64,000 nucleotides of DNA from positions 20,097-84,096 of the IMG/VR virus record IMGVR_UViG_2898615884_000001; one strand, 5' to 3'. This document shows, one piece after another, positions 52,064-61,393 of this stretch. Both the position numbers and the translations under genes were made by a program. Under the pieces are notes generated by a model. The model saw nothing but the letters and a program-made list of their open reading frames with translations. It was not told the origin of the DNA and did no database searches. Position 1 is the first letter of the stretch, and every line of letters starts with the position of its first letter. Source of the stretch: a virus. Lineage: Duplodnaviria; Caudoviricetes.

Positions 52064-52995
52064 CTCGCCTCCCGTCCGAGGTCGCCTTCGGTGGGCCGTT
52101 CGCCGGTCTTCGGCTCCGTCGAGGAGGCGCCGATGCTTTCGATCTCGTCCATGGCCGAGGCGATCGAGCCGGCCGCAGCCTCCTGGTCGAGGTCGGCCAC
52201 CAGCTCCTTGGCCTCGCTCTGAGGGCAGCGCTCGCCCGGGGCCAGCGTGTAGCCGTGTGCCTGGCAGCCGCCGTGGTGGTCGAGGTGGCAGGCGTCCGGG
52301 TCGAGCAGGTCGCGGATCAGGTTGTGCGCGCGGTCCCGGTCGGCCTCGGCCTGGAGCCGCGCCTGGTGCGGCGTGAGGCTGCCGACCCGCTGGAGGACGA
52401 ACGCGTACCGCTCCAACTCGCCCGCGAGCTTGACCTCCATCGACACCTTCGGGTCGTCGTCGGTGGGGATCTCGAACAGCGTCTCGGTGTAGTTGGGGGC
52501 GTCGCCGAGCATGCCGCGTGCGACGCCGACCCAGATCGCGGCGAGCTCACGGGCGGGTGTGAGGTCCATGGACATGCCGTTGCGGAAGTCCATGGCGCGG
52601 ATCTTGGATTCCTCCAGGAACCGTTCGGCCATCTGTTCGACGCCTTCGGCTTCCAGCCGGTCGCGCTCGCGCTGGGTCTCGGCCAGCTCGGCGCTGAACC
52701 GGTCCAGGGCCGGGGCGACAACGCGCATGGCGACGTCGGCGAACCGGCCGTACACGCCTTGCCCGGGATCGGTGGGGCGGTTCTGCTCCGGCCCGCAGAA
52801 CAGGTTCTGGCAGAAGGCGGCGGCCAGGTCGGCGCGGAGCTGAGCTGGCTCGCTGGCCGACGGCCCCGGGTCGCGGTACTGGGCCTCGGCGCGCGCCAGT
52901 TCGTCCGCGCACGCCCCGACCTGCTCCTCGCCGAGGCCGTGGGTGCGGAGGATCCGCTCGTATGCGGCGAGCTGCGCATCTGACATGTCAGGCAT
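52060..52995 (-). CDS. Hypothetical protein
   Basis: 311 aa; DPDACHLDHHGGCQAHG motif. Confidence 0.6.
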   Translation of the reverse strand: MPDMSDAQLAAYERILRTHGLGEEQVGACADELARAEAQYRDPGPSASEPAQLRADLAAAFCQNLFCGPEQNRPTDPGQGVYGRFADVAMRVVAPALDRFSAELAETQRERDRLEAEGVEQMAERFLEESKIRAMDFRNGMSMDLTPARELAAIWVGVARGMLGDAPNYTETLFEIPTDDDPKVSMEVKLAGELERYAFVLQRVGSLTPHQARLQAEADRDRAHNLIRDLLDPDACHLDHHGGCQAHGYTLAPGERCPQSEAKELVADLDQEAAAGSIASAMDEIESIGASSTEPKTGERPTEGDLGREAR

Positions 52996-53365
52996 CGGCG
53001 CTGCCCCCCTCGCGGTACACGAGAGTCATGGGGCCGACGGCGTCGAGGACCACATGCGGCGGCGGGGTTGTGAGCGGGTCTCTCTTGGAGTCGCCGGGGA
53101 TCATGAGGATCTCGGGGCCGTTCAGCGCTGTGAAGGCGAACCATGCGGCTTCGTTCCGGTCGTGCCACACGTCACCGGCGCGGGGCGGCCAGTCGGCCGA
53201 GGCGACGCGCGTCACGGCGGCCTGCGGCGGCACGCGCCAGCTCGCGTGCTTTCCGTCGAAGCAGTCCTTGGCGGTGATCGTGACGCAGCCGTGCTGGTCC
53301 TGCTCCGCGATGCGGACGCCCTTGATGAGGATGTCGACGATCTCGCCGGGCCGGTACTCGGTCAC
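52988..53365 (-). CDS. Hypothetical protein
   Basis: YRPGEIVDILIKGVRI...DWPPRAGDVW. Confidence 0.6.
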   Translation of the reverse strand: MTEYRPGEIVDILIKGVRIAEQDQHGCVTITAKDCFDGKHASWRVPPQAAVTRVASADWPPRAGDVWHDRNEAAWFAFTALNGPEILMIPGDSKRDPLTTPPPHVVLDAVGPMTLVYREGGSADA

Positions 53366-53745
53366 GACGCACCGCCCGAGGGTTCGATCTTGCAGGGCTG
53401 GTCGGCGTCAAGCAGGATCGTCCGGGCGCCCCAGACCTTGCGGCCGTTGACGACGCCCACCACCGCCCAGTGGTAGACGATGACCTGGGCGTGCGCCGAG
53501 GGCTGGGGGCGGGCGGTCACGCGCCACCAGACGACCTTGGTGGGGTAGTCGGGGTGGCGGACGATCACTTGTCCGCCGCGCAGGTCGCGTGCTGGTTTGG
53601 TATCTGTGGTCATGGCCGTGTTGCCTCCTTGGTCGGCAGCCGGTCGGTTCGGCGCCCCGGTCGCACCCGGGGCGCCGTTCGTGCGTGTGGGGATGAGGCG
53701 CCGCCACCACGGGCGGCGCGCGGGCTCGGTCGTCACCGGCGCCAT
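53362..53745 (-). CDS. Hypothetical protein
   Basis: Coupled ORF; may start internally at MTTDTK. Confidence 0.5.
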   Translation of the reverse strand: MAPVTTEPARRPWWRRLIPTRTNGAPGATGAPNRPAADQGGNTAMTTDTKPARDLRGGQVIVRHPDYPTKVVWWRVTARPQPSAHAQVIVYHWAVVGVVNGRKVWGARTILLDADQPCKIEPSGGAS

Positions 53746-53854
53746 CTCCGCCAGGCCAGGGTGACCAGCACCGTCACGCCCGCCGTGATGGCGAGCACCT
53801 GGTCACGACATCCGTCGTCCCGGTGATCGCGAGGGATTTCCGTCACCGGGCGCG

Positions 53855-54079
53855 TCACGTCTGCCTCCAGGGGTGGACCCGGCCGATGCTCTTGACGCGA
53901 GCGGAAGCGCGGCCGAAAGCCGCGGTCGGGTCGTACTCGGCCAGCTCGCCCTTCGCCCTGGCCAGCCCGACATGCAGCAGACCGAGCTGCGACAGGGCCA
54001 TGGACTGCGCGGTGTCGCTGATGGCCTCCGCCTCACCAACGAGCCGCTCGGCCTCGCGCACGTGATCCCACGGCGTCAT
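53855..54079 (-). CDS. Hypothetical protein
   Basis: MTPWDHVREAERL. Confidence 0.5.
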   Translation of the reverse strand: MTPWDHVREAERLVGEAEAISDTAQSMALSQLGLLHVGLARAKGELAEYDPTAAFGRASARVKSIGRVHPWRQT

Positions 54080-54282
54080 CGGGGCGTCACCTCGCGCTCG
54101 TGCCAGATGACGATCTCGTCGTCGCGGGCCTCGACACGGGCGGCGTCGGCCCAGCGGGCGTCCTCACCAAGATCGTTCTCGATGGCCGCGAACGCCTTCT
54201 TGACCTCGTCCCAAGGCGTGCCGGATCGCAGTGCGTATTCGGTGCGGATGAAGTGCCGTTCGCGGCGCGTGTAGTCAGCCAC
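54076..54282 (-). CDS. Hypothetical protein
   Basis: 68 aa, coupled to the next gene. Confidence 0.5.
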   Translation of the reverse strand: MADYTRRERHFIRTEYALRSGTPWDEVKKAFAAIENDLGEDARWADAARVEARDDEIVIWHEREVTPR

Positions 54283-54368
54283 GGCCGCCACCTCGCGGTC
54301 GGGCGTGGGCGCCGGGCTGGTGGGCGAGGCCGGCGCGCCACCACTGGAGGCGGCCGATCCGGAGCGGC

Positions 54369-55151
54369 TCACGCATGCTCGGGACCGCCGTCCTGAAAGC
54401 CGCCGGGGGCGGCGTCACCCCCGGCGGGGTCCGGGTGAGCGCCCTGCTCCGTGCGGCGCTCCGCCTCGCACGCCTCCTGGAGCGCGAGCCCCTTCACGCG
54501 CTTCGGCAGCTGCGTGCGCGGCTCCTCCCCGGCGACCGGCGCGCCCGGAGCGACCGCAGGCGCCTCCGGATACCCGGCCGGCCCCTCCCGCTCCTCCGGG
54601 ACCGGGGTGCCGTCCGGCGGCGTGACCGGAAGGCCGCGCCCCACGATCTCCACCGGGTGCGCGCCGGTCTCCTCCTGCTCCACCGGCGCCGTCAACGGGT
54701 CCGGCTGCGACAGATCCTCCGGCGCGAGCCGCCCCGTCTGCTGCGTCGCCTGCGCCGCCTTGAGCGCATCGTCGGTGAAGTTCCGCTGCCGGAGCGTCTC
54801 CTGATAGAGCTCGTCCACGAACATCCGCCACTGCCGCAACTGCGGCACCGTCGCGCCCTCCGGCGGCGTCCACCGGATCAGCCCCACACGCAGGCCCAGA
54901 CCCGTGGACTGCTCCACCTCATCCGGCTCCGGGAACCACGTCCCGCACGCCAGCCCGGACAGCTCCTGGTAGATCTCCGCCATCACCGCCGCCGTACGCG
55001 CGGCGTGTCGGTCGATCGCCTCCCGGGTGTAGTCCCCGTGGTCGTAGTGCGTGGCGGCGCTCTTCAGCGCGTCGGCCTGCTCGTGGCCCAGGGACTTGAT
55101 CCGCAGGGCCATCTCACCGATGACCCTCATCAGCACGTCACGGTCGTTCAT
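54369..55151 (-). CDS. Hypothetical protein
   Basis: ATGA coupling, Pro/Glu-rich C-terminus. Confidence 0.5.
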   Translation of the reverse strand: MNDRDVLMRVIGEMALRIKSLGHEQADALKSAATHYDHGDYTREAIDRHAARTAAVMAEIYQELSGLACGTWFPEPDEVEQSTGLGLRVGLIRWTPPEGATVPQLRQWRMFVDELYQETLRQRNFTDDALKAAQATQQTGRLAPEDLSQPDPLTAPVEQEETGAHPVEIVGRGLPVTPPDGTPVPEEREGPAGYPEAPAVAPGAPVAGEEPRTQLPKRVKGLALQEACEAERRTEQGAHPDPAGGDAAPGGFQDGGPEHA

Positions 55152-55504
55152 GCGATCTGGCTCCTTGCGGTAGCGGCCGCCAGGCGACCGCGGTGCTGCG
55201 TCAGGTGGACCCGCGCCCGCTCCAGCTCCGCCACCCACAGGTCCAGCGCGGGCAGGTCCGCGATCCGCAGGACGAGCGGGCCGTCCTGGAGGCGGACCAT
55301 CGGCCCGGCCGGGCCGTCCAGGACGCCCTGGAACTGGGGGTGGCCGGGCAGCGCGCGGAGGACGACCTCGCTGCCGTAGACGGTGGCGTCCTCGCGCTTG
55401 GGGCTGGTCGGGGTGGTGCGCGGGGTTCGGGGGGTGAGGATGTTCACGAGCCGGAAACCGAACCCGTGTCGCGGGCGGGGGTTCCGGCGGGGGATGATGG
55501 TCAT
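55148..55504 (-). CDS. Hypothetical protein
   Basis: 118 aa coupled ORF. Confidence 0.5.
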   Translation of the reverse strand: MTIIPRRNPRPRHGFGFRLVNILTPRTPRTTPTSPKREDATVYGSEVVLRALPGHPQFQGVLDGPAGPMVRLQDGPLVLRIADLPALDLWVAELERARVHLTQHRGRLAAATARSQIA

Positions 55505-55875
55505 GACGGGCTCCCAAGGTCGTCATCAGCGGCGCCCCCCGGCATGGGGGCGCCGCTCGTTTTCGTTCGGATCCGAACAAGACCGCCGCGCGGTGCGACC
55601 GCAGCGGCCGTAGCGCGCAACGCGCGCCCGAGCGTGTTCTCGTGAGCGACCGGCACCCAGGACGGGAACATCGACAACCCGCACCGCCCACGCCAGGTCA
55701 GCGCCCGGCATCGGGGGTTGCGCAGCCCTCGCCACGCCGGGTGCTGCGACTGGCGCAGCCGCACGGCGGAGTGGCCTCTCGCGCATACGTACGGGGGGCC
55801 GGGGACGTATTCGCCGAGCGCCAGCGCGCCCGCCCTGTCACGGGCGCGCTGGCACATGTCACGGACGCCGCTCAT
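55501..55875 (-). CDS. Hypothetical protein
   Basis: TGATG coupling, Cys-containing. Confidence 0.45.
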   Translation of the reverse strand: MSGVRDMCQRARDRAGALALGEYVPGPPYVCARGHSAVRLRQSQHPAWRGLRNPRCRALTWRGRCGLSMFPSWVPVAHENTLGRALRATAAAVAPRGGLVRIRTKTSGAPMPGGAADDDLGSPS

Positions 55876-56138
55876 CAGGCCGGTGGCCGATCCGGCAGCA
55901 GCGACGCGGCGCCCTGCCACCCCGTGACGAGCTGCACCGAGGCGACGTAGCCGCAACCGCCGTTCAGGCACGTGCACGACCACACGCCCGCGGCGAACCG
56001 CACCGTGTGCCGCTCGGCGTGGCCCTGCACGTACGCGGTCACCTCGTGCGGCCGGAGCTCCCCGGCCGGGGTCGCGGCGGAGACCACGCGGACCCGCTCG
56101 TTCCTCAGATACCGGAGAGCCTTCGCGCGGATGCTCAC
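55875..56138 (-). CDS. SWIM-like zinc-finger protein
   Basis: VQG...HTV...WSCTC...C. Confidence 0.55.
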   Translation of the reverse strand: MSIRAKALRYLRNERVRVVSAATPAGELRPHEVTAYVQGHAERHTVRFAAGVWSCTCLNGGCGYVASVQLVTGWQGAASLLPDRPPA

Positions 56139-57094
56139 CGTCGGCCGCCCATCTCCGCGATCTCATCGGCGGAGTAGTGCAGCGGGTCGTCGAACGCCTC
56201 CGCCTCGGCCTCGGCGTCCGCCGCCGCCGTGTCCGGCGCGGAGGCCGGGGCGGGCTGCGCGGGCGGAGCAGGGGCGGGGGTCGGGGTCGTGCGCGCCGCG
56301 AGGATCTCCTCCGCCGTCGCCGCCGGCGGCGGGAACTCCTCCTCCTTACGCACCTCGCCCCGCTGGATCGACTGGTAGATCACCCCGAGCTGCGCCGCGG
56401 CATGCGGCGTCCACCGGCCGTTCGGCTCCCCGACCTTGGCCTCAAGCTGCGCGAGCGTGATCCCGATCTCGGCGTACTTCTCGATCGCGTTCGCGATCCG
56501 CGTCGCCAGCGGGACACCACCGCCGTCGTTCAGCGTGGCGTTGCACAGATCCTTCGCCTCGGCCACGAACCACGGTGGAAGGATCGCGAAGATCATCTCG
56601 CGGACACGGCGAGACCCCTGGTTGGCGTTATTTTCGTAGACGTCGCGGAGCTCCTTGAGCTGGGACGGCCCCTGCTTGGTGTCCCGCAGGTGCGGGACGA
56701 TGAACGTCGTGGAGACCCGCGAGTTGGTCTGGACGTCCCACGCCCACGCCTGCATCTCCGACTGGCCGAACTCGTCGTCCCGCCTCATCTCAACGATGCC
56801 GTACTGGATGTGCCCCCAGCAGCGGGCCAGCTCGCGGGCGAGGTGCACGGACGCGCCGGACACGGGACCGCCCGCCCGGGGGAACCGGTAGAAGGCGCGC
56901 TCGGCGAGGTGCCGCTGCTTGCAGGACTCGATCATCTGGTTGCGCGCGTATTGGACGTCGCGGGGGAACCGCTGCGCGACCTCGACGGCGGCCATGACCT
57001 CGGCGGCCGCACGGGACTGCTCGACGACTGTGCCCTGCCCGATTCGGCCGGGCGCCGGGACGGTCGGGATGGGAGTGCCGTTGGGGTAGGTCAT
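56135..57094 (-). CDS. Putative recombination/strand-annealing protein
   Basis: EQSRA.AEV...AQRFPRD...FYRFPRAG..VSG.SVHLARELARCWG; paired with the RecE-like nuclease. Confidence 0.6.
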   Translation of the reverse strand: MTYPNGTPIPTVPAPGRIGQGTVVEQSRAAAEVMAAVEVAQRFPRDVQYARNQMIESCKQRHLAERAFYRFPRAGGPVSGASVHLARELARCWGHIQYGIVEMRRDDEFGQSEMQAWAWDVQTNSRVSTTFIVPHLRDTKQGPSQLKELRDVYENNANQGSRRVREMIFAILPPWFVAEAKDLCNATLNDGGGVPLATRIANAIEKYAEIGITLAQLEAKVGEPNGRWTPHAAAQLGVIYQSIQRGEVRKEEEFPPPAATAEEILAARTTPTPAPAPPAQPAPASAPDTAAADAEAEAEAFDDPLHYSADEIAEMGGRR

Positions 57095-57522
57095 GTGCTG
57101 CTCGCCTTCATGCGTGCGCGATAGCGCCTATTGGCTTCGTTCTTGCAGGTGCGGCAGGTCCGCTGGCGCCCTGTCCGCACGGTGTTCGCGGGGGTCTCGG
57201 GGTGGTCGCAGCGGAATGCCCGGGGCGCGCCGGCGCGGTAAGCGCCGCGCGCGACGTTGTCGGGGCGAGAGACCGGCTGGAGGTGATCGGGGTTGCAGCA
57301 CTCCCGGACGCGACACAGGTGATCCAGGTCCATGCCCTCCGGCACCGGCCCGACAAGCAGTTCCCATACGAACCGGTGGACGACTGCGGTTCCGAGGCCG
57401 CGACGCCCCCGGTTGATGGCGCCGTAGCCGTTGCGGTGCTTCGCGCCGGTCCAGAGCCAGCACGGGCCATCCGCGTCGATGCGGGCCCAGAGCCGCTCGT
57501 CGAGAGGTTTGACCTTCCTCAT
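57091..57522 (-). CDS. HNH endonuclease
   Basis: CWLWTGA...HRFVWELLVGPVPEGMDLDHLCRVRECCNPDHL. Confidence 0.9.
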   Translation of the reverse strand: MRKVKPLDERLWARIDADGPCWLWTGAKHRNGYGAINRGRRGLGTAVVHRFVWELLVGPVPEGMDLDHLCRVRECCNPDHLQPVSRPDNVARGAYRAGAPRAFRCDHPETPANTVRTGRQRTCRTCKNEANRRYRARMKASST

Positions 57523-58394
57523 GAGGTGACCTCCTGGAGGAACCGGTTCTCGGCCCACCCGGGCAGCCCGACCTGCGCCACGCTCTCGATATAGGGAGGC
57601 CAGTGGCCGGCCTTCTGGCACCGTGCGAACAGACGGAGCGCCTTGCGGTTCTCGTGCCGACCGGCGTCCAGCGCGATCTGCGTGAGCTGGACGACGCTCA
57701 CGATGTACGGCGCCGTCTTCTCCTGGACCACCAGGAAGTAGGGGACGGCGTCGGACAGGCCGAGCGCGCGGACGGCGTCCTCGTACCAGGCGCCCTGCAT
57801 GTGATAGCCGAAGTTGATCAGGGACTTGCTGATCGCGTCCGGGTGCGCCGAGTCGGCCGTCTTGTAATCCGCGAGGTAGAGGCGACCGTCCGGGCCCTTG
57901 GGGGGCAGCCAGTCGAGCAGCGCGCGCCGCCACACCTTCGTCGGGCCGTCCTTCCAGAACAGCGCCCGCTCCGCCTCCCCGGTCCCGCCCAGCAGCACGG
58001 ACGCGAGCTCGTGCTCGCGGATCGCGGCGGCCATCTCCTCGACCTGGTCGTACTCGTCCGGCTTGAGGGGGACCGCTCCACGGTCGTAGGCGGCGTCCCG
58101 CTCGGCCTGCGCCGCGCCGGACCGGTAGGTGTCGTACGACATGCGGTGCAGCTCGGGCCCGATGCCGAGGACGAGCTTGTGCGCGGCCGTGCCCAGCTCC
58201 ATCGCTTTGGTCGGCTTGGGTGGGTTGTCGGCCTCGTACCGGTACCGGGCCGGGCAGGTCGCCAGGAGCTTGCGGGCGCCGCTGGAGGAGATGCTCCCCG
58301 CCGGAACGGGGTCCGCGTGGTAGACGTCGGCGGGCATGTCGTACACGCCTTCGCTGGTGACGACGGTGGCGGGGGCCTCGGTCAGCGCGCTCAC
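57519..58394 (-). CDS. RecE-like PD-(D/E)XK exonuclease (DUF3799-like)
   Basis: YHAD...ISSSG...GTAAH...RALLDWL...DYKT...YHMQGAWY...EKTAPY. Confidence 0.88.
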   Translation of the reverse strand: MSALTEAPATVVTSEGVYDMPADVYHADPVPAGSISSSGARKLLATCPARYRYEADNPPKPTKAMELGTAAHKLVLGIGPELHRMSYDTYRSGAAQAERDAAYDRGAVPLKPDEYDQVEEMAAAIREHELASVLLGGTGEAERALFWKDGPTKVWRRALLDWLPPKGPDGRLYLADYKTADSAHPDAISKSLINFGYHMQGAWYEDAVRALGLSDAVPYFLVVQEKTAPYIVSVVQLTQIALDAGRHENRKALRLFARCQKAGHWPPYIESVAQVGLPGWAENRFLQEVTS

Positions 58395-58945
58395 CGGTCG
58401 CCCTCCAGCCGCTCCACAACCGGCTGGACCCGCTCGTTCAGCAGCTCCACGACCCGCCGCACGGCGGCCGTCGCGTCCGCTGCGGTCAGCCGCTCGGGCG
58501 CGTCGACCGGAACCCATAGCCGGTCCGTGGGCAGGCAGAACAGCAGGAGGGTGCTCGTGCACATCGCCGGTGTCTGCTCGATCTGGTCGTCGCTCGGCTC
58601 GCACAGGCCGATGTCCTGCCGGTACTCCCAGCCCGACCAGCCGTCCAGGTCCATGAGCGGCTCGATCGGCCGGGTCATGATCCGGACGTAGGCGCGCACG
58701 GGGCCACCGGCCCGGCCGTCCGACCGGCGCCGGTGGAGCCGCGCCCAGGCGATCGGCGAGACGAACGGGACGTAGTGGGGCGGCGGCATACCCGTTCCGG
58801 TCGCTGCCCCGAATGCGGCGCAGGCGAACTCGGTGGGGTCGGGGGTGATGTCGCCGTTCCCGTTGAGGAAGGTGATCTGCCGCTGCTGCACGTTGGCGGC
58901 GTAGCGATCTTCGGCGCCGGGGGTGATGGTGAACGGGGCGGTCAA
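58391..58945 (-). CDS. Hypothetical protein
   Basis: TTGA coupling, 184 aa. Confidence 0.55.
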   Translation of the reverse strand: MTAPFTITPGAEDRYAANVQQRQITFLNGNGDITPDPTEFACAAFGAATGTGMPPPHYVPFVSPIAWARLHRRRSDGRAGGPVRAYVRIMTRPIEPLMDLDGWSGWEYRQDIGLCEPSDDQIEQTPAMCTSTLLLFCLPTDRLWVPVDAPERLTAADATAAVRRVVELLNERVQPVVERLEGDR

Positions 58946-59157
58946 AGCGTCCACCGCCTCTGCTCGTCCCGCAGCGGCCGCCAGTCGTCGGCCGCCTCCC
59001 GCTTGGCCAGCTCCGCGTCGAGGACCTCGGCGGCCAGCCCCAGCGGCCAGCCGGTCTTCTCCGCGAGGATGTCCACCGCCGGACCCCAGCCGTACACCTC
59101 GGCCTCGTAGCCCTCGGCGACCATCGAGATCGCCTCGTCCAACGTCAGGTCCGCCAT
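58942..59157 (-). CDS. Hypothetical protein
   Basis: TGATG coupling, 71 aa. Confidence 0.5.
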   Translation of the reverse strand: MADLTLDEAISMVAEGYEAEVYGWGPAVDILAEKTGWPLGLAAEVLDAELAKREAADDWRPLRDEQRRWTL

Positions 59158-59471
59158 CAGCGGGCACCGCCGTTCAGCTCGGCGGCGCGCGCGTCGGCCT
59201 CGTCCTCCGTGCCGTGGTCGCTGTCCGGAATCCACTGGCCGCCGTCGTGGCGGCCGACCGTCCACACGCCCGGCTCGACGTACTGCACGACGAACGTGTC
59301 CGGGTTGCCTCCGGCGCAGTTGTGGCGGAAGAAGATGACCTGGACCTCGGACGCGTCGCCGAGGAGGTCGAAGCAGCGGCCGGTGTTCCAACCGCACGGG
59401 ATGTGGCTCAGCGTGTGCAGCTCGAACCAGCCGCTCGCACGCTCGGCCCGCCAGTCGCTGGGGATCCTCAC
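59157..59471 (-). CDS. Hypothetical protein
   Basis: 104 aa coupled ORF. Confidence 0.5.
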   Translation of the reverse strand: MRIPSDWRAERASGWFELHTLSHIPCGWNTGRCFDLLGDASEVQVIFFRHNCAGGNPDTFVVQYVEPGVWTVGRHDGGQWIPDSDHGTEDEADARAAELNGGAR

Positions 59472-60067
59472 ACCGCACCCCCGTCCTCGTACACGCGGTA
59501 CGTCACCGGCCGGGCGGCGATCTTCTTCCGGATGTGCGCCGCGGAGGCGCCCATGTCCCCGTGCTCCCGGAGCGCCTCCAGAGCAGCTGCGACCGCGTCC
59601 GCGCGGGCGTCCAGCAGCCGGTCACGGGTGGGGACACCCTCCGACGTGGCCGCGCCCGGGAGGTCGATCGCGTCGTGGATCGCCTCCAGCAGCGCACGGA
59701 CCTCGTCATCGGTGGCGGCGCGGAGCTTACCCACGACCTCCTCGACCGTCCGGCCCGGCTCGTCCTGCCAGTCGGTCAGCTCATCCAAGAGCCGCCCGAT
59801 GGTCGGCGACCCCAGCACGTCGCCCAGGACGGTCCGGCCCAGCGTCCGCACCGCCGCCGCGTGCACTCCCATGGGGACGTGCGCGGCGTAGGAGTGCATG
59901 TCCACGCCGACGGCGAGGGCGAGCGCGGCCGCCAGATCCACCGGGCACCGCTCGGAGGTCCGGTCGGGCCGGTGGTCGTAGTCGCCGTTCTGGGTCCAGC
60001 CCTGGACGGTGAGGATGTCGGCGGCCTTGGTGAGGATCTGCGGGGCGGTCAGCTGCGTGTCGCTCAC
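59468..60067 (-). CDS. DUF6197-like protein
   Basis: ILTKAADIL...GWTQ...WQDEPGRTVEEV...LRAA. Confidence 0.6.
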   Translation of the reverse strand: MSDTQLTAPQILTKAADILTVQGWTQNGDYDHRPDRTSERCPVDLAAALALAVGVDMHSYAAHVPMGVHAAAVRTLGRTVLGDVLGSPTIGRLLDELTDWQDEPGRTVEEVVGKLRAATDDEVRALLEAIHDAIDLPGAATSEGVPTRDRLLDARADAVAAALEALREHGDMGASAAHIRKKIAARPVTYRVYEDGGAV

Positions 60068-60693
60068 CGGGCACCGCCCGTCAGGCGCATCCGCGCCGCA
60101 TCCGCGAACCGCCACGCCGCGACCGTGAAATCGGTCAGCAGCGCGTCCAGGCGGTGCTGCACGTCGAACGCGAGGCATGCGAGGGCCGCGGTCACCTTCT
60201 CCTGCACTAGCTCCGCCAGCCGGTCCGGGTCCGCGTCCGGGTAGTCCGCTGCGGTCGCGTTCCCCGACTGGACGTCCGCGAGCTCACCGAGCGCGCCGTC
60301 GACGTTCTCGTCGAGACGGTCGAGGCGGTCCCACGCCTCGCCGTCCCAGTCGCCCGCCTTCCCCGCGTAATCGGCGGCGATGATCGCCGTGCGGGTCCTC
60401 GCGGTGGCCAGGAGTGCCGGGTAGTCCACGCCCGTCACCCGGGCCGCGAGGCGGGGGTCGACGAGGTCGGTGAGCACGGCGGCGACGTGCTCCGGTCCGG
60501 CCTCGCACGCCAGCTTCGCGGCGTCCCGCAGGCCGATGCCGTCGATCAGGTCGCCGAACGCGGCGGTCCTGGCGGCGTCGGACAGGCCGGGCGCGATGTC
60601 CGTGAGGTCGGCGGCGGCCGACAGGCCGGGGTGGGACCGCACCTGGTAGGCGAGGACCTCCACCTCCCGGCGGGGATCGGTAATCTGTTGCAT
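60064..60693 (-). CDS. Hypothetical protein
   Basis: SD AGGAGAG, 209 aa. Confidence 0.55.
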   Translation of the reverse strand: MQQITDPRREVEVLAYQVRSHPGLSAAADLTDIAPGLSDAARTAAFGDLIDGIGLRDAAKLACEAGPEHVAAVLTDLVDPRLAARVTGVDYPALLATARTRTAIIAADYAGKAGDWDGEAWDRLDRLDENVDGALGELADVQSGNATAADYPDADPDRLAELVQEKVTAALACLAFDVQHRLDALLTDFTVAAWRFADAARMRLTGGAR

Positions 60694-60779
60694 GGCTCCG
60701 CGCTCTCCTTTCAGGGTTTCCGATGTGCGGGGCTAGGGGCTCTGTCAGCCCTGCGACGGCTGACGGGGCCCCGCTTCGT

Positions 60780-60980
60780 TCAGGGGTTCAGGCCGAGAAG
60801 GCCGAGCTTGTCCAGGAACTTGGCCGTAGGGACCTTGAGTGCGCGGCCGACGCGGATGGTGGGGATCTCGCCACGCTCGGCCGCCTTGTAAGAGGCCGCG
60901 GGCTTCAAGCCGAAGAACTCGCCCGCCTCGGGCACGGAGATGGTGGGGCGCTCACGCGGGTCCGGGACGGCGGGCATCAC
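60780..60980 (-). CDS. xis: Excisionase / recombination directionality factor
   Basis: TISVPEAGEFFGL...YKAAERGEIPTIRVGRALKVPT. Confidence 0.8.
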   Translation of the reverse strand: MMPAVPDPRERPTISVPEAGEFFGLKPAASYKAAERGEIPTIRVGRALKVPTAKFLDKLGLLGLNP

Positions 60981-61222
60981 ACCGTCTCCTGCTCCGACTC
61001 GCGCATCAGCAAGGTGTCCTTCTCGCATCGAAGGACCCGGCAGATCGAGCCGAACATCTTCGGGCTCGGCTGCCGGCGGCCCATCTCGTACTTGGTGATG
61101 GTCGACTGGTGGACCCGGCGCCCCATTTGGACCGAAACGAGCGCCGCTAGTTCGGTGGTGGTGAGCTCGTTGTCCTCGCGCAGGGCCCGTAGGCGGTCTC
61201 CGTTGAGCTTCGCTGACTGCAT
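60977..61222 (-). CDS. Cro-like XRE HTH protein
   Basis: LRALRED..LTTTELA...HQSTITKYEMGRRQPS; divergent from the repressor. Confidence 0.82.
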   Translation of the reverse strand: MQSAKLNGDRLRALREDNELTTTELAALVSVQMGRRVHQSTITKYEMGRRQPSPKMFGSICRVLRCEKDTLLMRESEQETV

Positions 61223-61226
61223 GTAT

Positions 61227-61370
61227 GCCACGTTAGGCCACGTTCGGCATCTCGTCCAGACCCTGAGTGGCGAAAAGTGGCGGAGCGTGGCCTAAAACGG
61301 CCAGACTGATGCCGGGTAAGTGGCTCTTCGTGCGCCCAAACGTGTCACGGAGGTGCTAGACGTGGCCTTT
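61227..61370. promoter_or_regulatory. Immunity switch: leaderless cro promoter and GTGGC/GCCAC operator repeats
   Basis: Minus strand TGGACG-17-TAACGT-7-ATG; GCCACGTT x2 and AGTGGCG x2 at 10-bp spacing, further GTGGC copies. Confidence 0.6.
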
Positions 61371-61393
61371 TTTGTCATAGAGACTTGGCGGAT

